DNA of 64,000 nt from Malacoraja senta (Eukaryota): positions 2,480,001 through 2,544,000 of the forward strand of contig CM075988.1 of NCBI GenBank assembly GCA_038087875.1. The letters are read 5' to 3'. The notes beneath the pieces were generated by a model, which made no database searches, had not been told where the DNA came from, and saw only the letters and a program-made list of their open reading frames with translations. The position numbers were made by a program, and so were the translations under genes. Below are positions 39,693 through 52,446 of this stretch, piece by piece (within the stretch, counting starts at the first letter, position 1; every line of letters begins with the position of its first letter).

Positions 39693-40729
39693 TATGTTAG
39701 TGGGTGTTGAGCAGACTCAACAGAGCACAGGGTTAAGGAGAGTGGAAAGAGGCTGATCTGGGGGTGGGAGGGGGAGTTTGTTCACACAAAATGTGGATGG
39801 AGTCTGGAACGCACTACCTGAAGAAGTGGTGGAAGCAAAGACATCATGCTATTGTGGAACATCAAGATACGTATTAGATTTGCCAAATCATACAAGGATG
39901 CGTAATTGGAATTATAGTAGATAGTGTAATGTGCTGTATGGGCACAGCGAGCTGAAACGCGCATTTATGTTAGTGTTTGAGAGAGAATTGGTGAGATATG
40001 TGATTGTGAGTATTTTATCTGTATATTGGCAAAAGTTGGTGCTTCGATCCCACTGTGCTCGATAAGATCAAAACATTACAGATGTGTCAAACATCAATAA
40101 CATGATGGAGCAGCCTCTGTGGGAAGACAGATCCTTTTGCTGGCTAGTTTAGCTAAATTTACAGCTGTAAATTATTTTAATGGGGCAATTGGAAGAGAGC
40201 TTGAAATGTTTTATTTGTCTCCAGAGCTTTCATTCAATTTCAGTTAAATCAATGCTCTCTCCACAAGAGAGTGGAAAGATCACTGGCCACTGGTTATTGT
40301 CAGTGAGATCACAATTACACTGCTTTATCGAGAGGATCAATTCTGTGTGTTACATAAACAATTTATTATGTCGATGAAATATCCCTATCAACTTTTGATT
40401 ATCTGCCCCTCTCTGGATTGAGGGTCTGTTTTTTTAATTGTAGTATATATCAGTGTTTTTGTCATGTTAATAGGTTTCCTAGTGATATAAAATATGGTTG
40501 TGAAATGGACAAGAAAGACACTTGCTAACTATATGAAATATGAAAGGATTGGTCAGACGAGCCAAATGATGGCAAACGGAATTAAATCCAGAGCAGTGGG
40601 AATAATGCATTTTGTGGTGACGAGCCCAACAAAGCCACCCACAATAAATGATCATGTTGAGAAATAGGGGGACCCTGGTGTGCATGTCCACAGATCATTA
40701 AAGCTAGCAGAGCTGGGGACCAGACATAA

Positions 40730-41117
40730 TGTGTAGGAAGGAACTGCAGAAGCTGGTTTAAACTGAAGTTAGGCACAAAAAGCTGGAGTAACCCAGCGGG
40801 TCAGCAGCATCTCTAGAGAAAAGGAATAGGTGCCGTTTTAGTCGAGACCCTTCTTCAGACTTCACTTGCACCTCCTCCATGTGGATTCTTATACATTGGT
40901 GAGTCCAAACGTAGACTGGCGATTGTTTCGCTGAACACCTTCGCTCAGTTCGCCCGGACCTACCAGTTCTCCAGGTTGCAAAACACTTTTAATTCCCCTT
41001 CCCATTCCCGCACTGACCTTTCTGTCCTAGGCCACCCCCATTGTCAGAGTGAGGCCAAATGCAAATTGTAGGAACAACATCTCATATTTCGCTTGGGCAG
41101 CTTACAACCCAGTGGTC
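40730..41117. mobile_element. Penelope-like fragment: terminal repeat (-) joined to GIY-YIG 3' end (+)
   Basis: 40861-41117 matches 21297-21580; 40730-40860 is the terminal repeat in the opposite orientation. Confidence 0.75.
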
Positions 41118-43344
41118 TGAGACCTTGCCAGGCCTTGGAAAAGCCCAAAAATTGCCTTGATTCACTCAGATTTCACTGAATTAATTTAAAAAAAAATTTA
41201 AAGAGCAGATCAGAATAGCTACGTTCAAACACAGTTGGTGGTGTGGGAAATTGTCAGGGTATTTGGATAGAGGCAAACCCCTCAAAGCATTTAAAGAATA
41301 TTTTAACATGCTCTAAATATAATCAATAAGATTACAGAACAGGAGGTGGAAATTTGGATAATGCTGGATAGCACTGTCCCGTCTGCCATTGTATGATAGG
41401 TCAAATGGACTTCTGTGTTAAAAATATCTGTAGTTACTGGATTTTCTTGTGTGACTTAATGTGAAATTACGTTTGAACAGTGCTCCTCTGAAGCATGGAG
41501 TCGTATATCTTGGAAACAGGCATTTCAGTCCAACGCCCATGTGCCCCATCTAAGCTAATCCAATTTGCCCACTTCCCGAAAAAAACTTTCCTATGCATGA
41601 ATCTGTCTAGGTGTCTTTTAAATCTTGTTGTTATTGTCTCAACTACTTCCTCTGGCAGCTCTTTCCACAATCCCACCACCCTCTGTGTGAAAATGGGTAC
41701 CTGTCAGGTTCCTATTCAATCTTTCCTCTCTCATCGGGCGACAGTTTGCTCTTTGCACTTTATAAAGGAGCGATAGAAATGTAATCTGCTTTTACATTTT
41801 TCATTCATAAATCACGGTATGGTTTATTTCAAAAATAGTTTCTTCTGCTAGTCTCTTCATTTAATGAGTTCCAGACTTGGTAGTGCCATCAGGATAGATA
41901 TGGACCATAAGTTGAAATGATTTTATTGAATGTTTTAAGCCATAAATGCAGGAAGTATCCCACACGGAGAGCTGCAGGTGCAGGAAGTGTCTCCAGCTGG
42001 AGGAGTTGTATTCCGTGTCTTGAGGCTTGAGCAAGAGCAGACAATCTGCAGCGTGCATTCCAGGACTGTGCTCTCACTGGCAGTGTTCAACTCAGAGCAC
42101 CGGTGACTCTGGTGATCCTCCGCACTCCCTTTCTGATTGTACATTGATTCAACCCCGTTTTGGATTAAAAGACTGGAGACTATTCTAGCATTTTCAAATT
42201 CTCATCCGTCCCCACCTCCGGCCCCCTTCTCCATCAAGATAAGTTGCAGCTGTAAATATAGTTAAACCCTGCCAGCAATAAGATGAATTGTGGATTGTCA
42301 CCAATCAGTAAAACAATCTTAGGCAATCCGGAACAGAGCACCAACTTACTCCATCCAGCTGCTGTTATTGAAAAGTTCTCACAGTACAGATAAAATTGTG
42401 GTGTTTATGTCTCGGTATTTGCATGTACACACACGCAGCAGGCTGTTCAGGAGACCCTAGGCAGTAGCTAGCTCTCTAAGTGATCTTCAAATCTGAGCGC
42501 TGGTGGGAAGTCAAATACCAGGGCAAGAGATTTAAGTAATTGGTGAAAGAATCAAAGGGGAGATGAGGGGAAATGTTCTCCCCCAGTGGATGGTGGAGTC
42601 TGGCACTCGCTGTCTGAAAGGATGGTGGAGGCAGCTGTACTCTTCAGCTTTGGGAAGTTCTCTGATGTGTTGCCAAACTGGTATCTGCACAGCTACGGAT
42701 CTATTCCTGGAAGGTGGGATTTGTCTAGCTAGGTTTGATTTGACTGGCATAAACATGATGGGCTGAATGGCTTGTGTGGTAATTTTTCTAGTTTCTGTCG
42801 TGTTTTGACCTCGGGGCCCATTCCAGAGGTCCTTCAACGTCTGCAGTAAGATTCCAGTAGTAATGTCAGTGCTAACATCTCCGCTGTGAAACTTACTGTG
42901 CTTGTGATCCCCTGGAAATATTAAATCGGACCCCTGTATTAAACTACAAAAGATAACTATAAATTGGTCTTGCTGTTGTTGAGCAGCTGAAATACAAGCA
43001 CATTTTCATACAGACTCTGAACCTTATTCTACCCCATGGTGACCCTGTTACTCCCCGTGGTCCCATTTAGCAAATTGTGCCGTGTATTGTGATGTATCAT
43101 TGAGATTCAGTCGAGCAGTCAGGCAGAAGTGAAGGGTTGCAGCCCAGTAGTTGCGACAAGAGGTGTGTCGAGGCATTGGGCAGGTAAACTTGCGTCTGGT
43201 GCTGTGGGGCGTTTACCTTTAACCCTGCCTATGATGTATGAGCTCTCTGCGATTTGTGAGGTGTGGACAAAGTTTGCCGATTAGATGGACAAACTAACAA
43301 CCGTGTCCTGGTATAGGAGAGACTTCAAACTGGGTTCAGAGCCG

Positions 43345-45890
43345 GCTGTACTTTTTGAGAAGGCTCCATTACTTCAACGTCTGCAGTAAGATGCTGCAGA
43401 TGTTCTACCAATTGGTGGTATCCAGTGCCATCGTCTTCGCTGCCGTGTGCTGTGGCAGCAGCAGCGCAAAGGCTGCAGACACCAATAGGATTAACAAGCT
43501 CATCAGGAAGGCTGGCTCTGTCCTGGGGGTGCAGTTGGATTCAAGGGAGGTGGTCTTGGAGGGGAAGATGTTCCTCAAACTGCGAAACATCCTGGACAAT
43601 ACAGCTCACTCCCCTCCATGACTCACTGGTCAACCTGAGGAGCACCTTCAGCAACAGACTGGTTCCACCAAGATGCAAGACAGAACGCCACAGGAGTTTC
43701 TTCTTCCCTGTGGTTAACAAACTGTACAAATCCTTCCCCTTGTGTCGTGGGGTAGACTGAGGCTGACCCCCCCCCCCCCCCCCCCCCCCAAGGCTCTTGC
43801 TTAACTTTTTTTCCATGTTGCCAGCCAGGCAACCTTGGCAGCTTTTTAGGTTGCCAAATGACAGTTTAGGTGGTCATTTAAGATGGCTTGCATGACACGT
43901 GCGATAATGTGCTCGGACGAAGTGCGTAGTTACCAGTCGGAATTATACTCAAATGAAGCATTCACATATTATTTCTGCTTCAAATAAAGTCACAAACTAA
44001 ACATATTCACCAATCAAGACATGATATATCCCACAATGACATGCAGCAAAATTATAAGACAGTATCTCAACTCTTTTTACACATTGCAATTAATGCAATT
44101 TCTATTAGTTCTTTCCACTTCCAAACAAAAATGTGGTTGGATTATTCAGCGTATGATCAACCTGTGTCAATAAATCCTGGACCATGGTAACATATATGCG
44201 GACGTATAGTTGTGAATGTTGCTCATTAAATAACTACAGTACTGATACTCCATATTAAGAGCATTGATTTGCCGTTAAAATGACTTCTGTAATAACGTGT
44301 CAACGGCAGCAGTGACAATCGAACACTGCGGTTTTAATGTTTCACGTGTTCACAATTTAATTAATCCCTCTTTATGGATTAAAACAAATAATAACATTGG
44401 GAATTAAAACACATTTGATTGCATTTCGTTATCAAACATAATCAATGTTCGTTCTGAAGACATTTCCAGCACAATAGGGCCAGGGAAGAGGGTGTGTGTG
44501 AATCAGTGCGGGGTGGATAGATGGCAGGGGGGGGGGGGGGGGGGGCGGGGTTGTTAGAAGGCAGTCGGTGCAGAATGGATGGATTAAGGCAGGTGAATTA
44601 GTACGTGTTGGTTGGAGTAGGTAAAATTGTGAGGGGAGGGCACCGGGCATGTCAGTGGTGTTGAATGGGGGGGTTCAGTACAGGATGGATGGAGGAGAAG
44701 TGCAGGATGGATGGGAAAGGGGTAAGTACAGGGTGAATTGGGGAACCAGTGTAGGATGGATGGGGGGGGTGGCAGGAGGATCAATGCGAGGTGGATAGGG
44801 TGATCAGCGCAGGATGAATAGATGGGGGGGTAGATGGGGAGGGGTGCACAGGGGATGTCAGTGAGGACTGAATAGAGGCGGGAATGGGGATCAGTGGAGG
44901 GGTCCCAGGATAAGGGGGTGTACAAGAGAGAGAGAGAGAGAGGGAGAGGGGGACGAGGTGGGGAGAAAGGAAGGTCAGCGCTCCTCGGACAACATCGCCC
45001 CGCTGCCTTGGCCGTTGGGAACTCCTCGCCACCGCCTCCCTCCTCCGCCAGCCAACAGCAAGGTGCGGGGCCGTGCGGTGCAGCGTAGAGCAAAGCTCCT
45101 CTAGTATCTTTGGCTCAGAGATCCTATAGCTATAGGATCTTTGGTGCAGCTGCTTCAGAAGGGTCGGAGCGAATGACGGGCCCCAAACAGCGGCAGCAGC
45201 GGCCGCGACAGCGGCTCCATCTCCTCCTCCCGCCCCCTGCCAGCCCTGATAAGGGCCTCTGTTTGTAAATCCGGTAACGGCGCAAAACAAACCCTCCCGC
45301 ACGCCGAGGCCTCCCCCTCCCTCCCTCCCTCCTCCCGGCCTTGGAGTGCGGGAGGGTTTGTTTTGAAAGTGGTTATCGCCGTTAGCGGGTTTGCAATCAG
45401 AGGCCCTTATCAGGGCGGGCGGGGGGCGGGAGGAGGATGAGGTGGAGCCGCTATCGCGGCCGCTGCTGCCGCTGTTCGAGGCCCGTCATTCACTCCGACC
45501 CTTCCTCACCCCGCACCTAGTATCTTTGCCCCGCACGACAGCCACCGCCGACACGAAACATCGCGTTCCTTTTCTCCAGAGATGCTGCCTGACCCGCGGA
45601 GTTACTCCAGTTTTTTGTGTCTATCTTCGGTACAAACCAGTATCTGGTTGCCAAGCCGGGCAAAATGACTCGGTGTTTAGGTTGCCCGGCGGCGCTTTGA
45701 GTGGTCAGTGGCACCCGGGCAACCGCTAATTTGGAGCCCTGCCCCCCCCCCCCCCCCCAAATCTTTGCACATCCCCAACCGTTTCCACTCGTCACTTCAC
45801 TTTAATTTTGTTTCATGCTTGTTTGTGTTTACATGACTGTTCGCAGATCAATTTCCCTCCTGGGATAAATAAAGTTGTATCGAATCGTAC
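43345..45890 (+). mobile_element. Rex1-like LINE 3' end (43345-43788 and 45742-45890) split by a DNA transposon
   Basis: RRLHYFNVCSKMLQMFYQLVVSSAIVFAAVC...NRINKLIRKAGSVLG; the 3' UTR resumes after the poly-C with AATAAA and a short tandem tail. Confidence 0.75.
43789..45741. mobile_element. Non-autonomous hAT-like transposon inserted in a poly-C run
   Basis: Termini caaggctc / gagccctg; repeated subterminal ggttgcc/ggcaacc motifs; poly-C on both sides is compatible with an 8-bp TSD. Confidence 0.7.
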
Positions 45891-46459
45891 CGAAAGGAAT
45901 GTGGGAGTGGCCTTATAGTCAAGAGTTAGATGCTGCTCTCTGATCCTGGAATCCTGTTGTGTTCCTGGTGCTTGTATATCCCCTTGTGTTGAGAGAAAAA
46001 CCTGAAGTGGGAGGAGAATAGGACAGCAGGAGCAGGACAATCAGCCCCTTCACGTTCCAGCAAGAACTCGAGTGATCTTTTACATGAACACCTCATTTCT
46101 GCAGTAATCCCGCAAGGTTCCACCTGAGGTTCCTCTTAAATCTCTCTCCTCACTCCGTAAGCCCTCCAGCTTTTAATTCCTCTACCCTGGGGGAAAAAGA
46201 CTGTGTGTTCACCTTTTTCGCGTGCCTCATGATCTTGTACACCTCATTGAGGTAACCTCAGCCTCCAAAGAAAAAACTCCCAGCTGATCCAACCTCTCTG
46301 TGAAACTCAAGCCTGCATGCTCGGGTAACCTGGAATTCCAGGGTAATCTGGGGAATCTGTTTTCCACCCTTTCCAACTTAATGACATCGTTGTCTCAATA
46401 GAATTGTATTTGTTTGGTGCAATTCTTGTTCGTATGTTTCACAATAGAAGCCAAGAAAC

Positions 46460-46592
46460 TGTGTCTGAAGAAGGGTTTCGGCCCAAAACGTTGCCTATCT
46501 CCTTCGCTCCATAGATGCTGCTGCACCCGCTGAGTTTCTCCAGCATTTTTGTGTACCTTCGATTTTCCAGCATCTGCAGTTCCTTCTTTAAC
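46460..46592 (+). repeat. Penelope-derived terminal repeat with hammerhead-like core (GAAA mutated to AAAA)
   Basis: gt-ctgaaga-agggtttcggccc-aaaac-gtt-gc followed by the family body. Confidence 0.75.
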
Positions 46593-47344
46593 ACTGTGTG
46601 CCTTCCTAATTGCTTGCTGAACTTGCGCACTTAACTGTGATTTGTGTACAAAGGCACCTTTTAAATCTCTCTTTCACTCTAGCACCATTTATAAGCATGT
46701 TCCATCTCTGTCCTTTCCCAATCCTTCATCCATGCTATAATATTACCGTATATCTCTGTGCTCTATTTCTGTTTGATAATCTCCTGTGTGGCTCATTACT
46801 GAAGGCTTTTGGGTACATTAGTCCAAATATACCATGTCAGTTTATACTTAACTAATCTACAAGATAGGTCCTCCGAAAGCAAAAATGTCTTCCCTTTAAT
46901 TAATCTATGTTGCCTCTGCCCAGTGCTACTGCTGCTTTTTCTAAGTGTTCCTCCTATAGTCTTAAGCATGATTTATTTTTATTTCACTCAGAAATGCCAT
47001 AAAGATTCTTGTTGATTTATCTCCAGTTTTGGGGAGCTTAGCTGCCTAAGATTTTTCCACAGCACATTTCCTGCCTGCTGCAGTACACAGACCTTGCATT
47101 ACAAGGTCAAAGACTGACAGGGAAAAGGGGGGGATGTGTAGGAAGGAACTGCAGATGCTGGCTTATACCGAAGATAGACACAAAATGCTGGAGTAACTAA
47201 GCAGGACAGGCAGCATTTCTGGAGATAAGGATGCTGCCTCTCCTGCTGAGTTACTCCAACATTTTGTGTCTATCATCGGGGAAAAGGAGCAACTTTGATC
47301 ATCTACGCCACTTTTGGAGTTCCAGCTTTTATCCAGTTCCAGCA

Positions 47345-49632
47345 GTCTTGTTGTGCATGCCCCCTTGGGCAAGAGTGACCATAATATGGTTGAGTTCTTC
47401 ATTAGGATGGAGAGAGACATTGTTAATTCAGAAACAACGGTTCTGAACTTAAAGAAAGGTAACTTTGAGGGTATGAGACGTGAATTGGCCAAGATTGACT
47501 GGCAATTAGTTCTAAAAGGGTTGACGGTGGATATGCAATGGAAGGCATTTAAAGACTGCATGGATGAACTACAAAAATTGTTCATCCCAGTTTGGCAAAA
47601 GAATAAATCAGGGAAGGTAGTGCATCCGTGGATAACAAGGGAAATCAGGGATAGTATCAAAACAAAAGATGATGCGTACAAATTAGCCAGAAAAAGCAGC
47701 ATACCAGAGGACTGGGAGAAATTCAGAGACCAACAGAGGAGGACAAAGGGCTTAATTAGGAAAGGGAAAATAGATTATGAAAGGAAACTGGCAGGGAACA
47801 TAAAAACTGACTGCAAAAGTTGTTATAGATACATGAAGAGAAAGAGATTAGTTAAAACAAATGTAGGTCCCTTGCAGTCAGAAACAGGTGAATTGATCAT
47901 GGGGAACAAGGATATGGCGGACCAATTGAATAACTACTTTGGTTCCGTCTTCACTAAGGAAGACATAAATAATCTGCCGGAAATAGCAGGGGGCCGCGGG
48001 TCAAAGGAGATGGAGGAACTGAGTGAAATCCAGGTTAGTCGGGGAAGTGGTGTTGGGTAAATTGAATGGATTAAAGGCCGATAAATCCCCAGGGCCAGAT
48101 AGGCTGCATCCCAGAGTACTTAAGGAAGTAGCTCCAGAAATAGTGGATGCATTAGTGATAATTTTTCAAAACTCCTTAGATTCTGGAGTAGTTCCTGAGG
48201 ATTGGAGGGTAGCAAATGTAACCCCACTTTTTAAGAAGGGAGGCAGAGAGAAAACGGGGAATTACAGACCAGTTAGTCTAACATCGGTAGTGGGGAAACT
48301 GCTAGAGTCAGTTATTAAAGATGGGATAGCAGCACATTTGGAAAGTGGTGAAATCATTGGACAAAGTCAGCATGGATTTACGAAAGGTAAATAGTGTCTG
48401 ACGAATCTTATAGAATTTTTCGAGGATGTAACTAGTAGAGTGGATAGGGGAGAACCAGTGGATGTGTTGTATCTGGACTTTCAGAAGGCTTTCGACAAGG
48501 TCCCACATAAGAGGGGGTTCAGTATTGATGTGGATAGAGAACTGGCTGGCAAACAGGAAGCAAAGAGTAGGAGTAAACGGGTCCTTTTCACAATGGCAGG
48601 CAGTGACTAGTGGGGTACCGCAAGGCTCAGTGCTGGGACCCCAGCTATTTACAATTTATATTAATGATCTGGACGAGGGAATTGAAAGCAACATCTCCAA
48701 GTTTGCGGATGACACTAAGCTAGGGGGCAGTGTTAGCTGTGAGGAGGATGCTAGGAGACTGCAAGGTGACTTGGATAGGCTGGGTGAGTGGGCAAATGTT
48801 TGGCAGATGCAGTATAATGTGGATAAATGTGAGGTTATCCACTTTGGTGGCAAAAACGGGAAGGCAGACTATTATCTAAATGGTGGCCGATTAGGAAATG
48901 GGGAGATGCAGCGAGACCTGGGTGTCATGGTACACCAGTCATTGAAAGTAGGCATGCAGGTGCAGCAGGCAGTGAAGAAAGCGAATGGTATGTTGGCCTT
49001 CATAGCAAGAGGATTTGAGTATAGGAGCAGGGAGGTTCTACTGCAGTTGTACAGGGTCTTGGTGAGACCACACCTGGAGTATTGCGTACAGTTTTGGTCT
49101 CCAAATCTGAGGAAGGACATTATAGCCATAGAGGGAGTGCAGAGAAGGTTCACCAGACTGATTCCTGGGATGTCAGGACTTTCATATGAAGAAAGACTGG
49201 ATAGACTTGGCTTCTACTCGCTAGAATTTAGGAGATTGAGAGGGGATCTTATAGAAACGTAGAAAATTCTTATGGGGTTGGACACGCTAGATGCAGGAAG
49301 ATTGTTCCCGATGTTGGGGAAGTCCAGGACAAGGGGTCACAGCTTAAGGATAAGGGGGAAATCCTTTAGGACCGAGATGAGGAAAAACTTTTTCACACAG
49401 AGAGTGGTGAATCTCTGGAACTCTCTGCCACAGAGGGTAGTTGAGGCCAGTTCATTGGCTATATTTAAGAGGGAGTTAGATGTGGCCCTTGTGGCTAAGG
49501 GGATCAGGGGGTAAGGAGAGAAGGCAGGTACGGGATACTGAGTTGGATGATCAGCCATGATCATATTGAATGGCGGTGCAGGCTCGAAGGGCCGAGTGGC
49601 CTACTCCTGCACCTATTTCCTATGTATCTATG
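47345..49632 (+). mobile_element. CR1-type LINE, 5'-truncated, disrupted ORF2
   Basis: LGKSDHN (endonuclease end), KSPGPD, NYRPVSLTS, KFADD; frameshift ~48040, stop 48392, deletion ~48512, stop 49260; very similar to 27330-28646. Confidence 0.95.
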
Positions 49633-50835
49633 TAACATCTGCCTGTTGTTATAATTTCTTTGATAAAGGAAATGATCTGTGGCACTTCACGGAATACAGC
49701 ATGCAGCACGGAAACATGTCCATCCGACCATGATGCCGCATTTAAGTTAGACCCAAATATCTTGAAACTGTTTCTATACATGTTTGTGTACAAATGACTT
49801 TTAAATGCAGTTTATCACCCTATCTACCTGCAATCCACTTTTCGGAGTAAAGATGTACCTGTACTAGATTCCTCTGCTCCACAACACTCCCCAGCTCTCT
49901 AATGTTCACTTGAGGGTCCTGCCCTGTTGACTTTATAAAAGGCATCTCCTCGCATTTATCTGAATTCAAGTCCATTTGCCATTCCTTCCCCCACTTGCCC
50001 AGCTGATTAAGCTCTCAGGATAATTCCTGATAATCATCTTCACTGAATACACTACCATCTATTTAGTATCATCTGCAAACTTACTAAACTTGCCTTGTAC
50101 ATTTTCATTCAAATCAATGATATAGGTGGGAAACAGCAATAGGCCTAGCACCGATCTCTGAGGCATATCACTCCACAGGTCTACAGTCCGAAAACTAAAC
50201 CTTCCACTATCGCCCTTTGTTTCCCAACAAGAGACAAATTCTATATCCAGTGAGGTAGATCTCTTGGAATCCCATCTAACCTTCCAGATTAGCCTACCTA
50301 GCGGATCCTTAAAGGCTTTGCTGGTTGATATAGATTATGTCTACTGTTCTGCCCTCATCAACCTTCTTGATTGCTTCTTCAAATAACTAAATCAAATCCG
50401 GGAGCCATGATTTTCCACACACAAAACCATGCTGATTATCTCAAATCAACCCCTGTCTTCCAAATACGCGAATATCTTATCTTTCAGAATCTTCTCCAGT
50501 AATATTCCTATTAGGCTCACTGGTCTACAGTTCCCAGATTTTTATTTGCCGCCCTTCTTAAATAGAGGCACTACATTTTCCAAGCTCCATCTTCCTTCAC
50601 TTTACCCATAGAATATAGAACAGTACAGCTCAAGAACAGGCCCTTCGGCTGAACATGATGCCAAGACCAACTCTTATCTGCTTGCACATAACCCATATTC
50701 CTCCATTCCCTGCAAATCCATGTGCCTATCCAAAAGTATTTTAAATGACAGTTTTATCTGCCTCAACCATCACCTCCGGCAATGGTTCCAGGCACTCACC
50801 ACCCTCTGTGTAGAAAATAATACTTGCCCCGCATA

Positions 50836-52446
50836 CAGTGGCTTGCAAAAGCTTTCATACCCCATGAACTTTTCCACATTTTGTCACGTTACAACCACAA
50901 ACGCAAATGTATTTTATTGGGATTTTATGTGATAGACCAACACAAAGTGGTGCATAATTGTGAAGGAAAATGATACATGGTTTTCAAATTTTTTTACAAA
51001 TAAAAAACTGAAAAGTGTCGCGTCCAAAAGTATTCAGCCCCCCTGAGTCAATACTTTGTAGAACCACCTTTCGCTGCAATTACAGCTGCAAGTCTTTTGG
51101 GGTATGTCTCTACCAGCTTTGCACATCTAGAGACTGAAATTTTTGCCCATTCTTCTTTGCAAAATAGCTCAAGCTCAGTCAGATTGGATGGAGAGCGTCT
51201 GTGAACAGCAATTTTCAAGTCTTGCCATAGATTCTCAATTGGATTTAGGTCTGGACTTTGACTGGGCCATTCTAACACATGAATATGCTTTGATCTAAAC
51301 CATTCCATTGTAGCTTTGGCTGTATGTTTAGGGTCGTTGTCCTGCTGGAAGGTGAACCTCCGCCCCAGTCTCAAGTCTTTTGCAGACTCTAACAGGTTTT
51401 CTTCCAAGATTGCCCTGTATTTGGCTCCATCCATCTTCCCATCAACTCTGACCAGCTTCCCTGTTCCTGCTGAAGAAAAGCATCCCCACAGCATGATGCT
51501 GCCACCACCATGTTTCACAGTGGGGATGGTGTGTTCAGGGTGATGTGCAGTGTTAGGTTTCCGCCACACATAGCGTTTTACATTTAGGCCAAAAACTTCA
51601 ATTTTGGTCTCATCTGACCAGAGCACCTTCCTCCACATGTTTGCTGTGTCCCCCACATGGCTTGTGGCAAACTGCAAACGGGACTTCTTATGGCTTTTTT
51701 TCAACAATGGCTTTCTTCTTGCCACTCTTCCATAAAGGCCCGATTTGTGGAGTGCACGACTAATAGTTGTCCTGTGGACAGATTCTCCCACCTGAGCTGT
51801 GGATCTCTGCAGCTCCTCCAGAGTTACCATGGGCCTCTTGGCTGCTTCTCTGATCAATGCTCTCCTTACCCGGCCTGTCAGTTTAGGTGGACGGCCATGT
51901 CTTGGTAGGTGTGCAGTTGTGCCATACTCTTTCCATTTTCGGATGATGGATTGAACAGTGCTCCGTGAGATGTTCAAAGCTTGGGATATTTGTTTATAAC
52001 CTAACCCTGCTTTAAACTTCTCCACAACTTTATCTCTGACCTGTCTGGTGTGTTCCTTGGGCTTCATGATGCTGCTTGTTCACTAATGTTCTCTAACAAA
52101 CCTCTGAGGCCTTCACAGAACAGCTGTATTTATACTGAGATTAGATTACACACAAGTGGACTCTATGTACTAATTAGGTGACTTCTGAAGGCAATTGGTT
52201 GCACTGGATTTTATTTAGGGGTATCAGAGTAAAGGAGGCTGAATACTTTTGCACGCGACACTTTTCAGTTTTTTATTTGTAAAAAAATTTGAAAACCATG
52301 TAACATTTTCATTCCACTTCACAATTATGCGCCACTTTGTGTTGGTCTATCACATAAAATCCCAATAAAATACATTTACGTTTGTGGTTGTAACGTGACA
52401 AAATGTGGAAAAGTTCAAGGGGTATGAATACTTTTGCAAGCCACTG
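50836..52446 (-). mobile_element. Full-length Tc1-family transposon (Passport-like, IR/DR)
   Basis: ~205-210-bp TIRs starting CAGTGGCTTGCAAAAG; inner direct repeat caaaagtattcagcc; TA TSD at 50834-50835 and 52447-52448. Confidence 0.97.
51048..52067 (-). CDS. Intact DD34E Tc1 transposase, 339 aa
   Basis: Paired-like HTH with GRPPK linker; WSDETK, QQDNDPKH and SPDLNPIENLW; 34 residues between the second D and E; uninterrupted ORF. Confidence 0.96.
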   Translation of the reverse strand: MKPKEHTRQVRDKVVEKFKAGLGYKQISQALNISRSTVQSIIRKWKEYGTTAHLPRHGRPPKLTGRVRRALIREAAKRPMVTLEELQRSTAQVGESVHRTTISRALHKSGLYGRVARRKPLLKKSHKKSRLQFATSHVGDTANMWRKVLWSDETKIEVFGLNVKRYVWRKPNTAHHPEHTIPTVKHGGGSIMLWGCFSSAGTGKLVRVDGKMDGAKYRAILEENLLESAKDLRLGRRFTFQQDNDPKHTAKATMEWFRSKHIHVLEWPSQSPDLNPIENLWQDLKIAVHRRSPSNLTELELFCKEEWAKISVSRCAKLVETYPKRLAAVIAAKGGSTKY

